A stretch of DNA of 64,000 nt from Campylobacterota bacterium (GCA_040752835.1 JBFMGG010000003.1:226490-290489), one strand, 5' to 3'. Positions 20,823-31,644 are shown, numbered from the stretch's first letter. Made by a program: numbers and translations. Notes: generated by a model from the letters alone, not told the origin.

Positions 20823-22197
20823 AGGGAGAATCGCGATCTTCCAGCCCCAGGGATTTCTGGACGGCAACAACGCCCCCTCGTTTCTGACCATCGATGACAT
20901 CAAGGCCACCGAAGCGCTCAACGTCGACATGCTCCTCGTTTCTCTGAAAAAAGTGATTTTTTTCAATAAGAACGGCCTTGACGTTTTCGTCCGGCTGCTC
21001 ACCAACATCCGAAACAAAAACCATATCACGGTCGGATTGTGCGATTACGACCACGCCAAATTCCAGACGATCAACGCCTTTTACGGCGGCAGTCTCAATT
21101 TTTCCCTGTTTCGGAGCGAAAAAATCGCCGAGCTTTTCGCCCCGTCCAACAAAAGCGATTCGAAGACGGTTCTGATCTACAACGACGACCCCTCCCAGCG
21201 TTCGGCGATGGCGATCGAACTCTTCGATTACGGCCACAACCCGATCATCGCGCAGAGCAAAAAAGAGTTCGACGAAAAAAAGCAAAATCCGGATCTCTAT
21301 TATGCGATCATCGAAGACACCTACCTGGGGCTTTTCGGGCAGAAAATCGCGACGCGGGTGACGGGGAACGCGGTCATTTATACGATTTCCAATTTCCTTG
21401 ATGCCGAAGTCACCAACACCTTCAACATCGCCTACCATCTCAACTCGCTCAACGTCGGCTTCCGTCTCTTCATCTTCGACGCCTACAAAGTGGTCTCGAT
21501 GAACGTCCATGCCCTGAACTTTTTCACCAAACTCGCCTCTTCCGCCGCCGAATACAATGCGACGATCTGTTTTGTGGGGCTGACGTTTGAAAAAACTCCC
21601 GAATCGTTCAAACACGACATGGAAGACGTCGGCATCCTCTTTTTCGACCAGATGGACGACATCCTCAAAAACAAAAAATTGCTCCAGGACCTGGGGGGAA
21701 GCGCCTCCTCCTCCAAACAAACCCGCTCGATTAACAAACCCCTGATCAACGAGCTTCCCAATTTCATCGAAGCGACCGTTTCGACCATCTCGATGATGAC
21801 CAATGCGACCGCCGTCAAAAACTCGGTCAACATCCAGCATCTCGAAGTAACGATGGCGTACAACAAATATGCCAGTTCGATCGGCTTTTACGGGGACGTG
21901 GACGGGATCATCATCCTCATCTTCCCGAAAAAAATCGCCCAGAAAACGTGTGCGCTTCTCATCGGGGAATCGACCGAGGATGAAGAAGCGATCCTCGATT
22001 CCCTCGCCGAATTCGTCAACATCATCGGCGGACGGGCGAAAACGCTGCTCGCCGAGAAAAAAATCCGCGTCGACATCACCCTCCCCCGCACCTACCACAA
22101 CGTCGACCAGTTGATGGAAATGGCCCAGAACAAAAAAGGGGTTCAGGTCAACCTCGATTTCGAAGGAAGCCAGTTCACCTTTTTTCTGACGCGCTGA
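20806..22197 (+). CDS. Multidomain signalling protein: STAS-like / receiver-like / STAS-like / CheX-like
   Basis: 463 aa. Residues ~1-100 are STAS-like (IAIFQPQGFLDGNNAP...VIFFNKNGLDVFVRLL). ~120-175 are receiver-like (KTVLIYNDDPSQRS...PDLYYAIIED). ~190-270 form a second STAS-like unit. The C-terminus is CheX-like (GFYGDVDGIIILIFPKK...EFVNIIGGRAKT). Overlaps the HDOD gene by 17 nt. Confidence 0.6.
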   Translation: MRPTVKGRIAIFQPQGFLDGNNAPSFLTIDDIKATEALNVDMLLVSLKKVIFFNKNGLDVFVRLLTNIRNKNHITVGLCDYDHAKFQTINAFYGGSLNFSLFRSEKIAELFAPSNKSDSKTVLIYNDDPSQRSAMAIELFDYGHNPIIAQSKKEFDEKKQNPDLYYAIIEDTYLGLFGQKIATRVTGNAVIYTISNFLDAEVTNTFNIAYHLNSLNVGFRLFIFDAYKVVSMNVHALNFFTKLASSAAEYNATICFVGLTFEKTPESFKHDMEDVGILFFDQMDDILKNKKLLQDLGGSASSSKQTRSINKPLINELPNFIEATVSTISMMTNATAVKNSVNIQHLEVTMAYNKYASSIGFYGDVDGIIILIFPKKIAQKTCALLIGESTEDEEAILDSLAEFVNIIGGRAKTLLAEKKIRVDITLPRTYHNVDQLMEMAQNKKGVQVNLDFEGSQFTFFLTR

Positions 22198-22307
22198 ACG
22201 GGTCTCCATTCCGCCTCTTTGAGGGTGAGCCGCATGCTACCCGCCCGACCAAAGCTCTCTCCAAATCTTTTTTGCTAAAATAGCGGAAAAAAAGTAAGGT
22301 GTTGCCC

Positions 22308-22949
22308 ATGCTCGTCGCCCCGAGTGTCCTCTCCGCCGATTTCGGCAATCTTGAACGCGATGTCCGCGCCATCTGCGACGCGGGGTGCGATCTGGTCCAC
22401 GTCGACGTCATGGACGGCCATTTCGTCCCGAATCTCACCATCGGACCGGTCGTGGTCAGCGCGATCGCCGCAGCCGCCACAAAACCCCTCGACATTCACC
22501 TCATGGTGCAGAACAATACTTTTTTCGTCGATCTTTTCGCCCCGCTCAAGCCCGAATACATCACCTTCCACATCGAAGAAGAAAAGCATCCCCACCGCCT
22601 CGTCCACTACATCCGTTCGCTGGGAATCAAACCGGGAATCGTCCTCAATCCCCACACCCCGGCTGAGACGGTCGAATACCTCCTCGCTGACATCGACATG
22701 GTTCTGGTGATGAGCGTCAATCCCGGTTTCGGGGGACAAAAATTCATTCCCGGCGTCATCGAGAAAATCAAACGCCTCAAAACGCTTCGCGATCGCATCA
22801 ACCCCTCCTGCCTCATCGAAATCGACGGCGGCGTCGGGAACAAAAACATCGCGGAGCTCAAAGAAGCGGGCGTAGACGTATGCGTCGCCGGCAGCTACGT
22901 ATTCGGCCAAAGCGACTACAAGGCCGCCATCGAAAGCTTGAAAATCTGA
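22308..22949 (+). CDS. rpe: Ribulose-phosphate 3-epimerase
   Basis: MLVAPSVLSADFGNL..., HVDVMDGHFVPN, and MSVNPGFGGQKF. The ATG at 22308 is preceded by AAGTAAGG (the track starts at GTG 22299). Confidence 0.93.
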   Translation: MLVAPSVLSADFGNLERDVRAICDAGCDLVHVDVMDGHFVPNLTIGPVVVSAIAAAATKPLDIHLMVQNNTFFVDLFAPLKPEYITFHIEEEKHPHRLVHYIRSLGIKPGIVLNPHTPAETVEYLLADIDMVLVMSVNPGFGGQKFIPGVIEKIKRLKTLRDRINPSCLIEIDGGVGNKNIAELKEAGVDVCVAGSYVFGQSDYKAAIESLKI

Positions 22950-22951
22950 CC

Positions 22952-23539
22952 ATGCGCGTCAAGATCTGCGGCATTACGAACCTCGAAGACGCCCTGTACG
23001 CGATTGAAGCCGGGGCCGATGCTCTGGGCTTTGTTTTCTACCCCGAATCGCCCCGTTACGTCTCGGTCGAAACAGCCGCCGCGATCATTTCGAAGCTCCC
23101 CCCCTTTGTCGAGAAAGTCGCCCTGTTCGTCAATGAATCCCCCGAACGGATCCGTGCCGCCTGCCTCCAAAGCGGATGCACCCTTGCACAGATTCATTTC
23201 GACGTCGAAGACGATTTTTTCGCTTCCGTCGCGTATCCTGCACTGCGGGTCGTCCGCGCCCGCAAGCCCGAAGACATCACCGCCCATTCCGACGAATACC
23301 GCCTCATCGACGCCTTTTGCGAGGCGTACGGGGGGAGCGGCAAACGGCTCAACATCGAATGGTTTGAGAACGTCGACTGCTCCAAAATCATTCTCGCCGG
23401 GGGGCTGGATCCCGACAACGTCGCTTCCCTCAAACCATACGGGTTCTACGGCGTCGACGTCAGCAGCGGGGTCGAAGCTTCCTACGGTAAAAAAGACCCC
23501 CAAAAGGTTCGCCGTTTCATCGCAGAGGCGCGTGCGTGA
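22952..23539 (+). CDS. trpF: Phosphoribosylanthranilate isomerase
   Basis: MRVKICGITNLEDA... and GADALGFVFYPESPRYV. The ATG at 22952 is 3 nt after the rpe stop. The track's 22880 start is an out-of-context extension. Confidence 0.9.
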   Translation: MRVKICGITNLEDALYAIEAGADALGFVFYPESPRYVSVETAAAIISKLPPFVEKVALFVNESPERIRAACLQSGCTLAQIHFDVEDDFFASVAYPALRVVRARKPEDITAHSDEYRLIDAFCEAYGGSGKRLNIEWFENVDCSKIILAGGLDPDNVASLKPYGFYGVDVSSGVEASYGKKDPQKVRRFIAEARA

Positions 23540-24327
23540 ATTCGCTCGATCCCAAGCTTCTTGCACGTCTGACCAGATACGGCATCCCTGCGGCGGAATT
23601 CGAATTGCTCGTCGGAAGCGCGGAGGAGATCGAATTGCTCAAAGCCCAGGGGCTTAATCTCCTGCTCGATAAAGACTCTTACCGCCTCCGCAGCGCGATC
23701 GATTCGGTCGATGACACCCTGTTTTGCGTCGTCGACATCGAAACGAACGGTTCCAAACCTTCCCGTGACCAGATCATCGAAATCGGCGCGGTGAAACTTC
23801 AAAACGGCCGTATTCTCGACACCTATGAGAGTCTTGTCTACTGCACCGAGATTTCCGAACAGATCAGCGAGATCACCGGTATCCGTGTCGAGCATACCCT
23901 TCAAGCCCCCCCGATGGCCAAAGTGATGCGTGAATTTCGTCTTTTTCTGGGCGATGCGGTGTTCGTCGGACACGATGCCAAATTCGACTACAACTTCGTT
24001 TCGGCGATGATGGAACGCTCTGGCCTTTCCAGACTGCTCAACCGATCCCTCTGCACGATCGATCTGGCCGAGAGGACGATCGAATCGGAGCGTTACGGCC
24101 TCGCCTATCTCAACGACCAGCTCTCACTCTACAAAGAGGCGACACATCACCGCGCCCTGTCGGATGCGATGACGACGACCAAGCTCCTTAAACGGACTCT
24201 GGCCCTCATTCCCCCCTCCATCGCCAGCGGCGAAGAGCTGATCGCCTTTTCCAAAGAGGCCAGACGGCTCAAGCGTCCGAAACCCAAACCCGAAACCGGC
24301 GATAGCGAAGAGAAAATATCCGTATAA
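23536..24327 (+). CDS. dnaQ: DnaQ-like DEDDh 3'-5' exonuclease (probable DNA polymerase III epsilon subunit)
   Basis: 263 aa. ExoI FCVVDIETNG, ExoII VGHDAKFDYNF, ExoIII HHRALSDA. GTG start overlaps the trpF stop (GTGA). Confidence 0.8.
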   Translation: MNSLDPKLLARLTRYGIPAAEFELLVGSAEEIELLKAQGLNLLLDKDSYRLRSAIDSVDDTLFCVVDIETNGSKPSRDQIIEIGAVKLQNGRILDTYESLVYCTEISEQISEITGIRVEHTLQAPPMAKVMREFRLFLGDAVFVGHDAKFDYNFVSAMMERSGLSRLLNRSLCTIDLAERTIESERYGLAYLNDQLSLYKEATHHRALSDAMTTTKLLKRTLALIPPSIASGEELIAFSKEARRLKRPKPKPETGDSEEKISV

Positions 24328-24384
24328 ACCCCGCATGAGGGTAAAGGAAGAAAACGAAGGTTCCGCCGGAGCGGAAAAGAGAGG

Positions 24385-25320
24385 TTATTCCGAAAAACGG
24401 CCCATACCGACGAGGCGGCGGTAACGTTTTTCCAGGCGCTCCGCGTCGTCCAGCGCGCGCAGGGTCTCCACCTGTTCGAGGAAATAGGTTTTCAGGGCAT
24501 CGGCGGCCCCTTCTTTGTCACGGTGGGCACCGATCAGCGGTTCGTCAATGACGTCGTCGATCAGATCGAGTTCTTTGAGGTCGGCGCTGGTGATTTTAAG
24601 CGCTTTGGTCGCCGCTTCGACCTTCGCCGGATCGTTCCACAAAATCGCCGAACACCCTTCGGGAGAGATAACGCTGAAGACCGAATAACGCATCATCGCC
24701 AGCCGATCCGCAACGCCGATCGCGAGCGCCCCGCCGCTTCCCCCTTCGCCGATAACGACGGAGACGGTGATCGTATTGAGGTTCGAGAGTTCCATCAGGT
24801 TGCGGGCGATCGCTTCGCTCTGGTTACGTTCTTCCGCCCCAAGACCCGGGTATGCGCCCGGAGTGTCGATAAGCATCAGGACGGGGATGTTGAATTTCTC
24901 GGCCATTTTCGCCGCGCGGAGCGCCTTACGGTACCCTTCGGGGTGCGGCATACCGAAATTGCGCTTGAGCTTGTTCTTGGTCCCACGCCCTTTTTGTTCG
25001 CCGATCACCATGACCCGCTGGTCGCCCATGGTTCCGATATAGCAGACGATGGAGAGGTCATCGCGAAAGTGGCGGTCACCGTGAATTTCGTACTTTTTGT
25101 CGAGTATGAGGTTGATGTAGTCGAGCGCGTAAGGACGGTCCTGATGGCGCGCGAGCTGAAGTTCCTGATAGGGAGAGAGGTTCGAATAGGTTTTTTCGAC
25201 TTCTCTGGCCAGATCCTGCTTTAGAATCTCGACGGCATGATGGTCGCAGCGGACCTCCGCGCTGATGATCTCTTCTTGGATCTGGCGGATGTTTTGTTCA
25301 AAATCTAGATAGGTCGCCAA
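24385..25320 (-). CDS. accA: Acetyl-CoA carboxylase carboxyltransferase alpha subunit
   Basis: 311 aa. [23 protein letters not shown], and [12 protein letters not shown]. Confidence 0.95.
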   Translation of the reverse strand: MATYLDFEQNIRQIQEEIISAEVRCDHHAVEILKQDLAREVEKTYSNLSPYQELQLARHQDRPYALDYINLILDKKYEIHGDRHFRDDLSIVCYIGTMGDQRVMVIGEQKGRGTKNKLKRNFGMPHPEGYRKALRAAKMAEKFNIPVLMLIDTPGAYPGLGAEERNQSEAIARNLMELSNLNTITVSVVIGEGGSGGALAIGVADRLAMMRYSVFSVISPEGCSAILWNDPAKVEAATKALKITSADLKELDLIDDVIDEPLIGAHRDKEGAADALKTYFLEQVETLRALDDAERLEKRYRRLVGMGRFSE

Positions 25321-25332
25321 CGGCTTGCCCTC

Positions 25333-26550
25333 TTATATTTTTTTGAAAATGACGACCCCGTTGGTACCGCCAAATCCGAATGAGTTGCTCATGACAATAT
25401 TGAGATCCGCTTTGCGCGCGGCATTGGGAACGATGTCCAGATCACAATTTTCGTCAGGATTGACGTAGTTGATCGTCGGAGGGATGATCCCATCACGTAT
25501 CGCCATGATGCTGATAACTGCTTCGATACCGCCTGCCGCACCCAGGCAGTGGCCCGTTTGCCCTTTGGTCGAACTGACCGGCGGGCAGTTCTCTTTGCCG
25601 CCGAAAGCGATTTTCAATGCCGCCGTTTCGTTTTTATCGTTGGTCGGCGTACTGGTACCGTGGGCATTGACGTAATCGACTTTCGGATTTCCGGCCATGT
25701 TCAGCGCCGCTTTCATCGCACGCAGCGGCCCTTCAAGGCTTGGTGTAGTGATGTGGTTGGCATCGCCGCTTTCACCGAAACCGATCACTTCGGCGTAAAT
25801 TCGGGCACCGCGGGCTACCGCGCTTTCGTACTCTTCCAGGACGAGGGCTGCCGCCCCTTCACCCATGACGAATCCGTCGCGCTCCGCATCGAAAGGACGT
25901 GATGCGTGTTTGGGGTCGTCGTTGCGGGTGCTGAGGGCTTTCATAGAGGCAAATCCGCCGATACCGACGCCGGTAATCGCCGATTCGGCCGCAACGACCA
26001 GCATTTGGTCCGCTCCGCCGATCATGATGGTTTTTGTCGCTTCGCTGATCGCGTGCGTTCCCGCCGCACATGCCGTGACGGCTGAGAGGTTCGGTCCTTG
26101 CAGGCCATGCTCGATCGTAACGAAGCCGCCGAGCATGTTCACCAGTGCGCCGGGGATGAAGAACGGAGAAATACGTCTTGGACCTTTTGTCTCGAGGATG
26201 ATGGAGTTACGCTCGATGGAAGGAAGCCCTCCGATTCCCGATGCGGCGTCAATACCGAAACGTTCTTTGTTGAAACCTTCGGGGAAATTGGCATCGGCCA
26301 TCGCTTCCTGGGCCGCTTTGATCCCGAGCTGGATGAAACGGTCCGCTTTTTTGACCTCTTTGGGGTCCATCACGGTTTCGGGGTCGAAGCCTTTGACTTC
26401 ACCGGCAATCTGGGCGCCTTGATTCGAAGCGTCAAAAAGGGTGATCATATCGATGCCGCACTCACCTTCGCAAATCGCTTTAAAGGAGCTCTCTTTGTCA
26501 TGACCAAGCGCATTGATCATTCCCAATCCGGTTACTACTACTCTTCTCAC
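25333..26550 (-). CDS. fabF: 3-oxoacyl-ACP synthase II
   Basis: 405 aa. Active-site context AVTACAAG, NAHGTSTP, and GHCLGAAG. Confidence 0.95.
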   Translation of the reverse strand: MRRVVVTGLGMINALGHDKESSFKAICEGECGIDMITLFDASNQGAQIAGEVKGFDPETVMDPKEVKKADRFIQLGIKAAQEAMADANFPEGFNKERFGIDAASGIGGLPSIERNSIILETKGPRRISPFFIPGALVNMLGGFVTIEHGLQGPNLSAVTACAAGTHAISEATKTIMIGGADQMLVVAAESAITGVGIGGFASMKALSTRNDDPKHASRPFDAERDGFVMGEGAAALVLEEYESAVARGARIYAEVIGFGESGDANHITTPSLEGPLRAMKAALNMAGNPKVDYVNAHGTSTPTNDKNETAALKIAFGGKENCPPVSSTKGQTGHCLGAAGGIEAVISIMAIRDGIIPPTINYVNPDENCDLDIVPNAARKADLNIVMSNSFGFGGTNGVVIFKKI

Positions 26551-26658
26551 ATTCTCTCCTGATGGTGGATGGTCTGAAACTTTAGCTCCATTGAGCCAAT
26601 CTCTTAGACCATGAATTTATGGTGGGTGCTTATCAAGGCGTACGCCTCGATAAAGTTT

Positions 26659-26889
26659 TTAGTTTTTGCTTTCGATGTAGTTGATTACATCTTGAACAGT
26701 TTGGATTTTTTCCGCTTCGTCGTCAGGAATTTCGATATCGAATTTCTCTTCAAGAGCCATTACCAATTCTACAACGTCGAGGCTGTCCGCGCCGAGGTCT
26801 TCAACGAATTTAGAATCCTCTTTTACTTCGTCCGGGTTAACGCTCAGTTGCTCAACCACTACTTCTTTAATATCGTCCAAAAGTGCCAT
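26659..26889 (-). CDS. acpP: Acyl carrier protein
   Basis: 76 aa. Phosphopantetheine site LGADSLD. Confidence 0.97.
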   Translation of the reverse strand: MALLDDIKEVVVEQLSVNPDEVKEDSKFVEDLGADSLDVVELVMALEEKFDIEIPDDEAEKIQTVQDVINYIESKN

Positions 26890-26959
26890 AATAGCTCCTG
26901 TTCTAATGAATAAAATCGCATAATTATAGCATATTTAACTTAAGAGGGGAAATCCCCCC

Positions 26960-27703
26960 TTACATCAGCATCCCGCCGTTGACCTTGAGGGTTTCGCCGG
27001 TGATGTAGCTCGCGTGATCGCTGAGCAAAAATGCCGTCGCTTCGGCCACCTCTTTGGCTTCGCCGAAACGGCCCATCGGGATTTTGGAGGTGAACGACGC
27101 CTTGATCTCCTCGCTGAGAACGTCCGTCATATCGGTCGCGATGAAACCCGGGGTGACGGTGTTGTAACGGATACCGCTCGAAGCGGCTTCCTGTGCGAAA
27201 CTTTTCGTCATCGCGATGACTCCCCCTTTGGAAGCCGCATAGTTGGTCTGCCCCGCATTGCCCGTCTCCCCGACGATCGAAGCGATGTTGACGACGGCGC
27301 CGAATTTTTTCTTCCGCATCGCTTTGAACGATTCGCGGCAGCCGACGAAAGCTGAAAGGAGATTGGCGTTGATGACCGCCATGAAATCGTCGCTTTTCAT
27401 CCGAAGCGCCAGTCCGTCTTTCGTAATCCCGGCGTTGTTGACCAGATACGAGAGCTCCCCGTCGGCATCGATGATCGTCTGGATCGCGTCGACGAATGCC
27501 GCTTCGTCGGCAACGTCGAATCCGATCACCGCCGCCGTTCCGCCCGCCGCTTCGATCTGTGCTTTCACTTCGTCCGCCGCCGCCGCGCCGCTGCGGTAAT
27601 TGATCCATACTTTAAGACCGTATCCCGCCAGCACTTTTGCCACTTCCGCGCCGATTCCGCGGCTTGAACCCGTTACCAATACATTTTTACCCGTAAATTT
27701 CAT
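26960..27703 (-). CDS. fabG: 3-oxoacyl-ACP reductase
   Basis: 247 aa SDR. TGSSRGIG, NNAGI, and YAASKGG. Lies in the fabG-acpP-fabF-accA array. Confidence 0.93.
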   Translation of the reverse strand: MKFTGKNVLVTGSSRGIGAEVAKVLAGYGLKVWINYRSGAAAADEVKAQIEAAGGTAAVIGFDVADEAAFVDAIQTIIDADGELSYLVNNAGITKDGLALRMKSDDFMAVINANLLSAFVGCRESFKAMRKKKFGAVVNIASIVGETGNAGQTNYAASKGGVIAMTKSFAQEAASSGIRYNTVTPGFIATDMTDVLSEEIKASFTSKIPMGRFGEAKEVAEATAFLLSDHASYITGETLKVNGGMLM

Positions 27704-27793
27704 GTGATTCCTTATTTTGTAATATTCTTTTCTCCCGCATCCGAAAGATGCGGACAGCCTCAGGAGATTGCAAAGGACTTGCGTTCGATGCGT

Positions 27794-29290
27794 TTATATC
27801 AATGCCCCGTCCATCTCTGCGGGGATCTGCAGCCCCATCAGCTTCAGTACCGTCGGTGCGACGTTGTTGAGCGCGCCCGGATGGACCTGCTCGACCCCCT
27901 CGGCCATCACGAAACACCACACTTTCCCCACCGTATGGTTGGTCAGCATGTTCCCCGCGTCGTCGCGCATCTCTTCGCAGTTGCCGTGATCGGAGGTGAG
28001 GACCATCGCATAATCGTTGCGCTTGGCGGCCTCTACGATCCGGCCGAGCTGTTCGTCGACCGCTTCGACCCCTTTGATCGCCGCTTCGAAATTCCCCGTA
28101 TGGCCGACCATGTCGCCGTTGGCAAAATTGACGACGACGAAATCGATCCCTTCGTCCATCGCCCTGACCACTACGTCGCCCACTTCGGAAGCCGACATTT
28201 CAGGCTTCATATCGTAGGTTTTAACCTGCGGACTGGGGATCAGCACCCGCGTTTCGTTCTCAAAAGGTTCCTCGACCCCGCCGTTAAAGAAAAACGTGAC
28301 GTGGGCGTATTTTTCGGTTTCGGCAGTGTGCAGCTGACGTAGCCCGGCTTTGGAAATCACCTCGGAAAGGACGTTTGCGGGGACTTCTTTGGGGAAAAGG
28401 ACGGGATAGGGAAAGTTTTTGTCGTACTGCGTCATCGTCGCCATGTGCGTCGGTACGAACTCGCGCGCAAAGCCGCCGAACGCCGGATCGCCGATCGCGG
28501 CGGTGAGTTCGCGCATCCGGTCGCTGCGGAAATTGAGCATCAGCACCGCATCCCCGTTTTTGAAGCCGTCGTAGCCGTCGAACGCAGTGGGTGTGATGAA
28601 TTCGTCGGTCTCGCCCGCGGCGTAGGCGTTTTCGATGTAGTCAAAAGCGCTCTGTTCGCTCAGGGGATGGGCCCTCACGATCGCATCGTACCCTTTTTGG
28701 ACCCGTTCCCAGCGGTTGTCGCGGTCCATGGCGAAAAATCGCCCCCCCAGCGAAGCGATGCGGATATTGCTGTACGCGTGCGCCGTGACGTGGTGCAAAA
28801 AGAGTTTCGCCGACGTCGGAGCGACGTCGCGGCCGTCGGTGATCAGGTGCAGCCATACCTCTTTGCCCGCTTCGGCGGCGATTTCGGCGACTCCCATGAT
28901 GTGGTCGATGTGCGAATGGACTCCGCCGTCGCTCATCAGGCCGATCAGGTGCAACCGCTTGCTCGTTTTGAGCAGTCCCGAAAAAACGGGGTTTTTGGCG
29001 AAGCTCTCTTCCTGAAGCGCCAGCGAAATTTTGACGAGATCCTGGTACAGTACCCGTCCGCTTCCGATGCTCATGTGCCCCACTTCGGAATTGCCCATCT
29101 GACCTTCGGGAAGGCCGACGCTGAGACCGAACGTGTCGATCAGCGAATGGGGAACGTCCGCAAACAGCCGCTCATACGTCGGTTTGCGGGCCGCGTGGAA
29201 CGCATTGTAATCGCGTTTGGGCGAATAACCGATCCCGTCGGTGATGACCAAAACGGTTTTTTTGCTCAAGTTGGCTCCTTGATTAATCAA
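27794..29290 (-). CDS. gpmI: 2,3-bisphosphoglycerate-independent phosphoglycerate mutase
   Basis: 498 aa. VITDGIGYS, GNSEVGHMSIGSGR, LMSDGGVHSH, and TSDHGN. Confidence 0.95.
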   Translation of the reverse strand: MINQGANLSKKTVLVITDGIGYSPKRDYNAFHAARKPTYERLFADVPHSLIDTFGLSVGLPEGQMGNSEVGHMSIGSGRVLYQDLVKISLALQEESFAKNPVFSGLLKTSKRLHLIGLMSDGGVHSHIDHIMGVAEIAAEAGKEVWLHLITDGRDVAPTSAKLFLHHVTAHAYSNIRIASLGGRFFAMDRDNRWERVQKGYDAIVRAHPLSEQSAFDYIENAYAAGETDEFITPTAFDGYDGFKNGDAVLMLNFRSDRMRELTAAIGDPAFGGFAREFVPTHMATMTQYDKNFPYPVLFPKEVPANVLSEVISKAGLRQLHTAETEKYAHVTFFFNGGVEEPFENETRVLIPSPQVKTYDMKPEMSASEVGDVVVRAMDEGIDFVVVNFANGDMVGHTGNFEAAIKGVEAVDEQLGRIVEAAKRNDYAMVLTSDHGNCEEMRDDAGNMLTNHTVGKVWCFVMAEGVEQVHPGALNNVAPTVLKLMGLQIPAEMDGALI

Positions 29291-29366
29291 ACTTTGTGCG
29301 GATTATATTAAAATGTCACTTTTGCATTGCTTTTGAAATCTTATCAGAAAGAAAAGAGTTAATTTA

Positions 29367-30425
29367 ATGTTATATTGGTTTCATCAGATTCTCGGCATCA
29401 ACCTCTTCCAGTACATCACCGTCCGCGCGGGTGTGGCGTTTTTCATCGGCCTGTTTCTCACCCTTTTTCTCATGCCCCGTTTCATCGCCTGGGCACAACG
29501 TTCCAGCCGCGTTCAGCCCATCAACGAATACGTCAGCGCCCACCAGGGGAAAGCAAAAACCCCGACCATGGGGGGAATCGTATTCGTCGCTTCCACGATC
29601 ATCGCTTCGCTGCTGACGGTCAACCTTCTCAACCCGTTCGCCGTGGGTGCGATTCTGACCCTGATTTTCTATGCCTACATCGGTTTTACCGACGATTGGG
29701 GCAAAATTCGCGGCGGCCATAATCTGGCCGGACTCACCGCTCGCGCCAAAATGGCCCTACAGCTCATCTTCGGTGTAGCCATCGGGGCTTTTTTGATCTA
29801 TTACGCGAAACTCGATACCGGATTCTACCTCCCGTTCATCAAATCCAGCCTTTTCGACATGGGGTGGTTCAGCATTGCGTTCTGGGTCCTCGTCATCATC
29901 GCCACTTCCAATGCCGTCAACCTGACCGACGGCCTTGACGGTCTGGCGACGGTCCCTTCGATTTTCGCCCTCCTTTCACTGAGCGTGATTGTCTACATCG
30001 TCGGTAACGCCGCACTCGCCCACTACCTCCTGATGCCCAAAATCCCTGCAGGGGAAGTGGTCATCATCTCGGCGGCGCTGATGGGTTCGCTGCTGGGCTT
30101 TTTGTGGTTTAACTGCCATCCGGCACAGGTCTTTATGGGGGACAGCGGTTCCCTTACGCTGGGGGCTTTCATCGCTTACATGGCCATCATCGGGAAAAGC
30201 GAAGTGCTCCTGATCCTCATCGGCCTTATCTTCGTTATCGAAACCGTTTCGGTCATCTTGCAGGTGGGAAGCTATAAACTCCGCAAAAAACGGGTTTTCC
30301 TGATGGCCCCCATCCATCACCATTTCGAGATGAAGCAATGGGCGGAGAACAAAATCATTGTCCGTTTCTGGATCATTTCGCTCCTCTCGAACATTCTCGC
30401 CCTCATCACCCTCAAAATCCGCTAA
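29367..30425 (+). CDS. mraY: Phospho-N-acetylmuramoyl-pentapeptide transferase
   Basis: 352 aa, 10-TM type. [13 protein letters not shown] and PIHHHFE. Confidence 0.95.
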   Translation: MLYWFHQILGINLFQYITVRAGVAFFIGLFLTLFLMPRFIAWAQRSSRVQPINEYVSAHQGKAKTPTMGGIVFVASTIIASLLTVNLLNPFAVGAILTLIFYAYIGFTDDWGKIRGGHNLAGLTARAKMALQLIFGVAIGAFLIYYAKLDTGFYLPFIKSSLFDMGWFSIAFWVLVIIATSNAVNLTDGLDGLATVPSIFALLSLSVIVYIVGNAALAHYLLMPKIPAGEVVIISAALMGSLLGFLWFNCHPAQVFMGDSGSLTLGAFIAYMAIIGKSEVLLILIGLIFVIETVSVILQVGSYKLRKKRVFLMAPIHHHFEMKQWAENKIIVRFWIISLLSNILALITLKIR

Positions 30426-30435
30426 AAGAATTGCC

Positions 30436-31644
30436 ATGAACCATCAGAATATCGCCTGCTTCGGGTACGGGAAAACAACCCGTGCCATCGCCAAACGCCT
30501 CGGCCCCTGCACTTTTTTCGACGACAAGGCGACCGAATCGTACACCGACGAGGACGGGAATCTCGTCCGCCCGGTCAGTGAGTTCGATACGACCCTCTTT
30601 ACTCATGAGATCACCTCTCCGGGTATCCCCCCCTACCATCCCCTGATCCGTCAGGCATCGCATCTTATCAGCGAATACGATTTTTTCGCCCCGCAAACCC
30701 CTTTTAGCATCTGGATCAGCGGTACCAACGGAAAAACCACGACGACGCAGATGGTCGAGCACCTCCTCGCCGACCGCGGCGCGATCAGCGGCGGCAACAT
30801 CGGCACCCCGCTCGCCGACATGTCCCCCGAAGCCCCCATCTGGATCCTGGAAACAAGCTCCTTTACGATGCACTACACCAACACGGCGCGCCCGAACGTC
30901 TATGCCCTCCTCCCCATCACGCCGGACCACGTCAGCTGGCACGGGAGCATGGAGGAGTACATTGCGGCGAAGCTCAAACCCCTCTCGATGATGAAAGAAG
31001 GCGAAGCGGTGATCCTCCCCAAAGCATACGCCGATACCCCGACAAACGCGTTTAAAATCCCCTACGAGACCGAGCATGACCTCGCGGAGTATTTCGGGAT
31101 CGACACCTCCAAGATCAAGTTCAAGGGGGCTTTCCTGATGGACGCCCTGATCGCGATGGGGATCGACAAAATCCTCTTCGACCGTATCGACTACGACAAG
31201 ATCAACGCCTTCGTCCTCGATCCGCACCGGCAGGAAGAGTTTCGTGACGTGAAGAGCCGCCTGTGGATCAACGATTCCAAGGCTACGAACATCGATGCGA
31301 CCCTCGCGGCATTGCGCACCTACCACGATGAGAAAATCCACCTCATCCTCGGGGGCGACGACAAGGGGGTCGAGCTCGAAGAGCTCTTCGCCCCCCTCAA
31401 AACCTACGACGTCGCTGTCTACGCGATCGGTTCCAACGCGGAACGGCTTGAAGCGCTCTGCGCCAAGTATACGATCCCCTGCACCCTCTGCCGTACCCTC
31501 GACGTCGCGGTCGCCGAAATCGATCGGGTTCTCGACGACAAGAGCATCGCAATGCTCTCCCCCGCCGCCGCGAGCCTCGATCAGTTCACCTCGTACGCCG
31601 AACGCGGGAACCTCTTTAAAGCGCACGTCAACGCACTCGCATAA
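30436..31644 (+). CDS. murD: UDP-N-acetylmuramoylalanine--D-glutamate ligase
   Basis: MNHQNIACFGYGKTTRAIA..., ISGTNGKTTT, and NDSKATN. The ATG at 30436 follows mraY. The track's 30358 start lies inside mraY. Confidence 0.92.
   Translation: MNHQNIACFGYGKTTRAIAKRLGPCTFFDDKATESYTDEDGNLVRPVSEFDTTLFTHEITSPGIPPYHPLIRQASHLISEYDFFAPQTPFSIWISGTNGKTTTTQMVEHLLADRGAISGGNIGTPLADMSPEAPIWILETSSFTMHYTNTARPNVYALLPITPDHVSWHGSMEEYIAAKLKPLSMMKEGEAVILPKAYADTPTNAFKIPYETEHDLAEYFGIDTSKIKFKGAFLMDALIAMGIDKILFDRIDYDKINAFVLDPHRQEEFRDVKSRLWINDSKATNIDATLAALRTYHDEKIHLILGGDDKGVELEELFAPLKTYDVAVYAIGSNAERLEALCAKYTIPCTLCRTLDVAVAEIDRVLDDKSIAMLSPAAASLDQFTSYAERGNLFKAHVNALA

Noticed and set aside
26550-26659. Hairpins in the acpP-fabF intergenic region (TCGAGGCGtaCGCCTTGA, and GGTCT…AGACC) as a possible ncRNA.
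   Set aside because: A stem-loop between acpP and fabF is a well-known feature that modulates read-through and mRNA processing in fab operons. Nothing here goes beyond that.
26940-27608. A 222-aa Arg/Gly/Asp-rich ORF on the same strand as fabG in another frame.
   Set aside because: It is an out-of-frame overlap with a clearly identified SDR (FabG). Its composition is typical of an alternative frame of GC-rich coding DNA.
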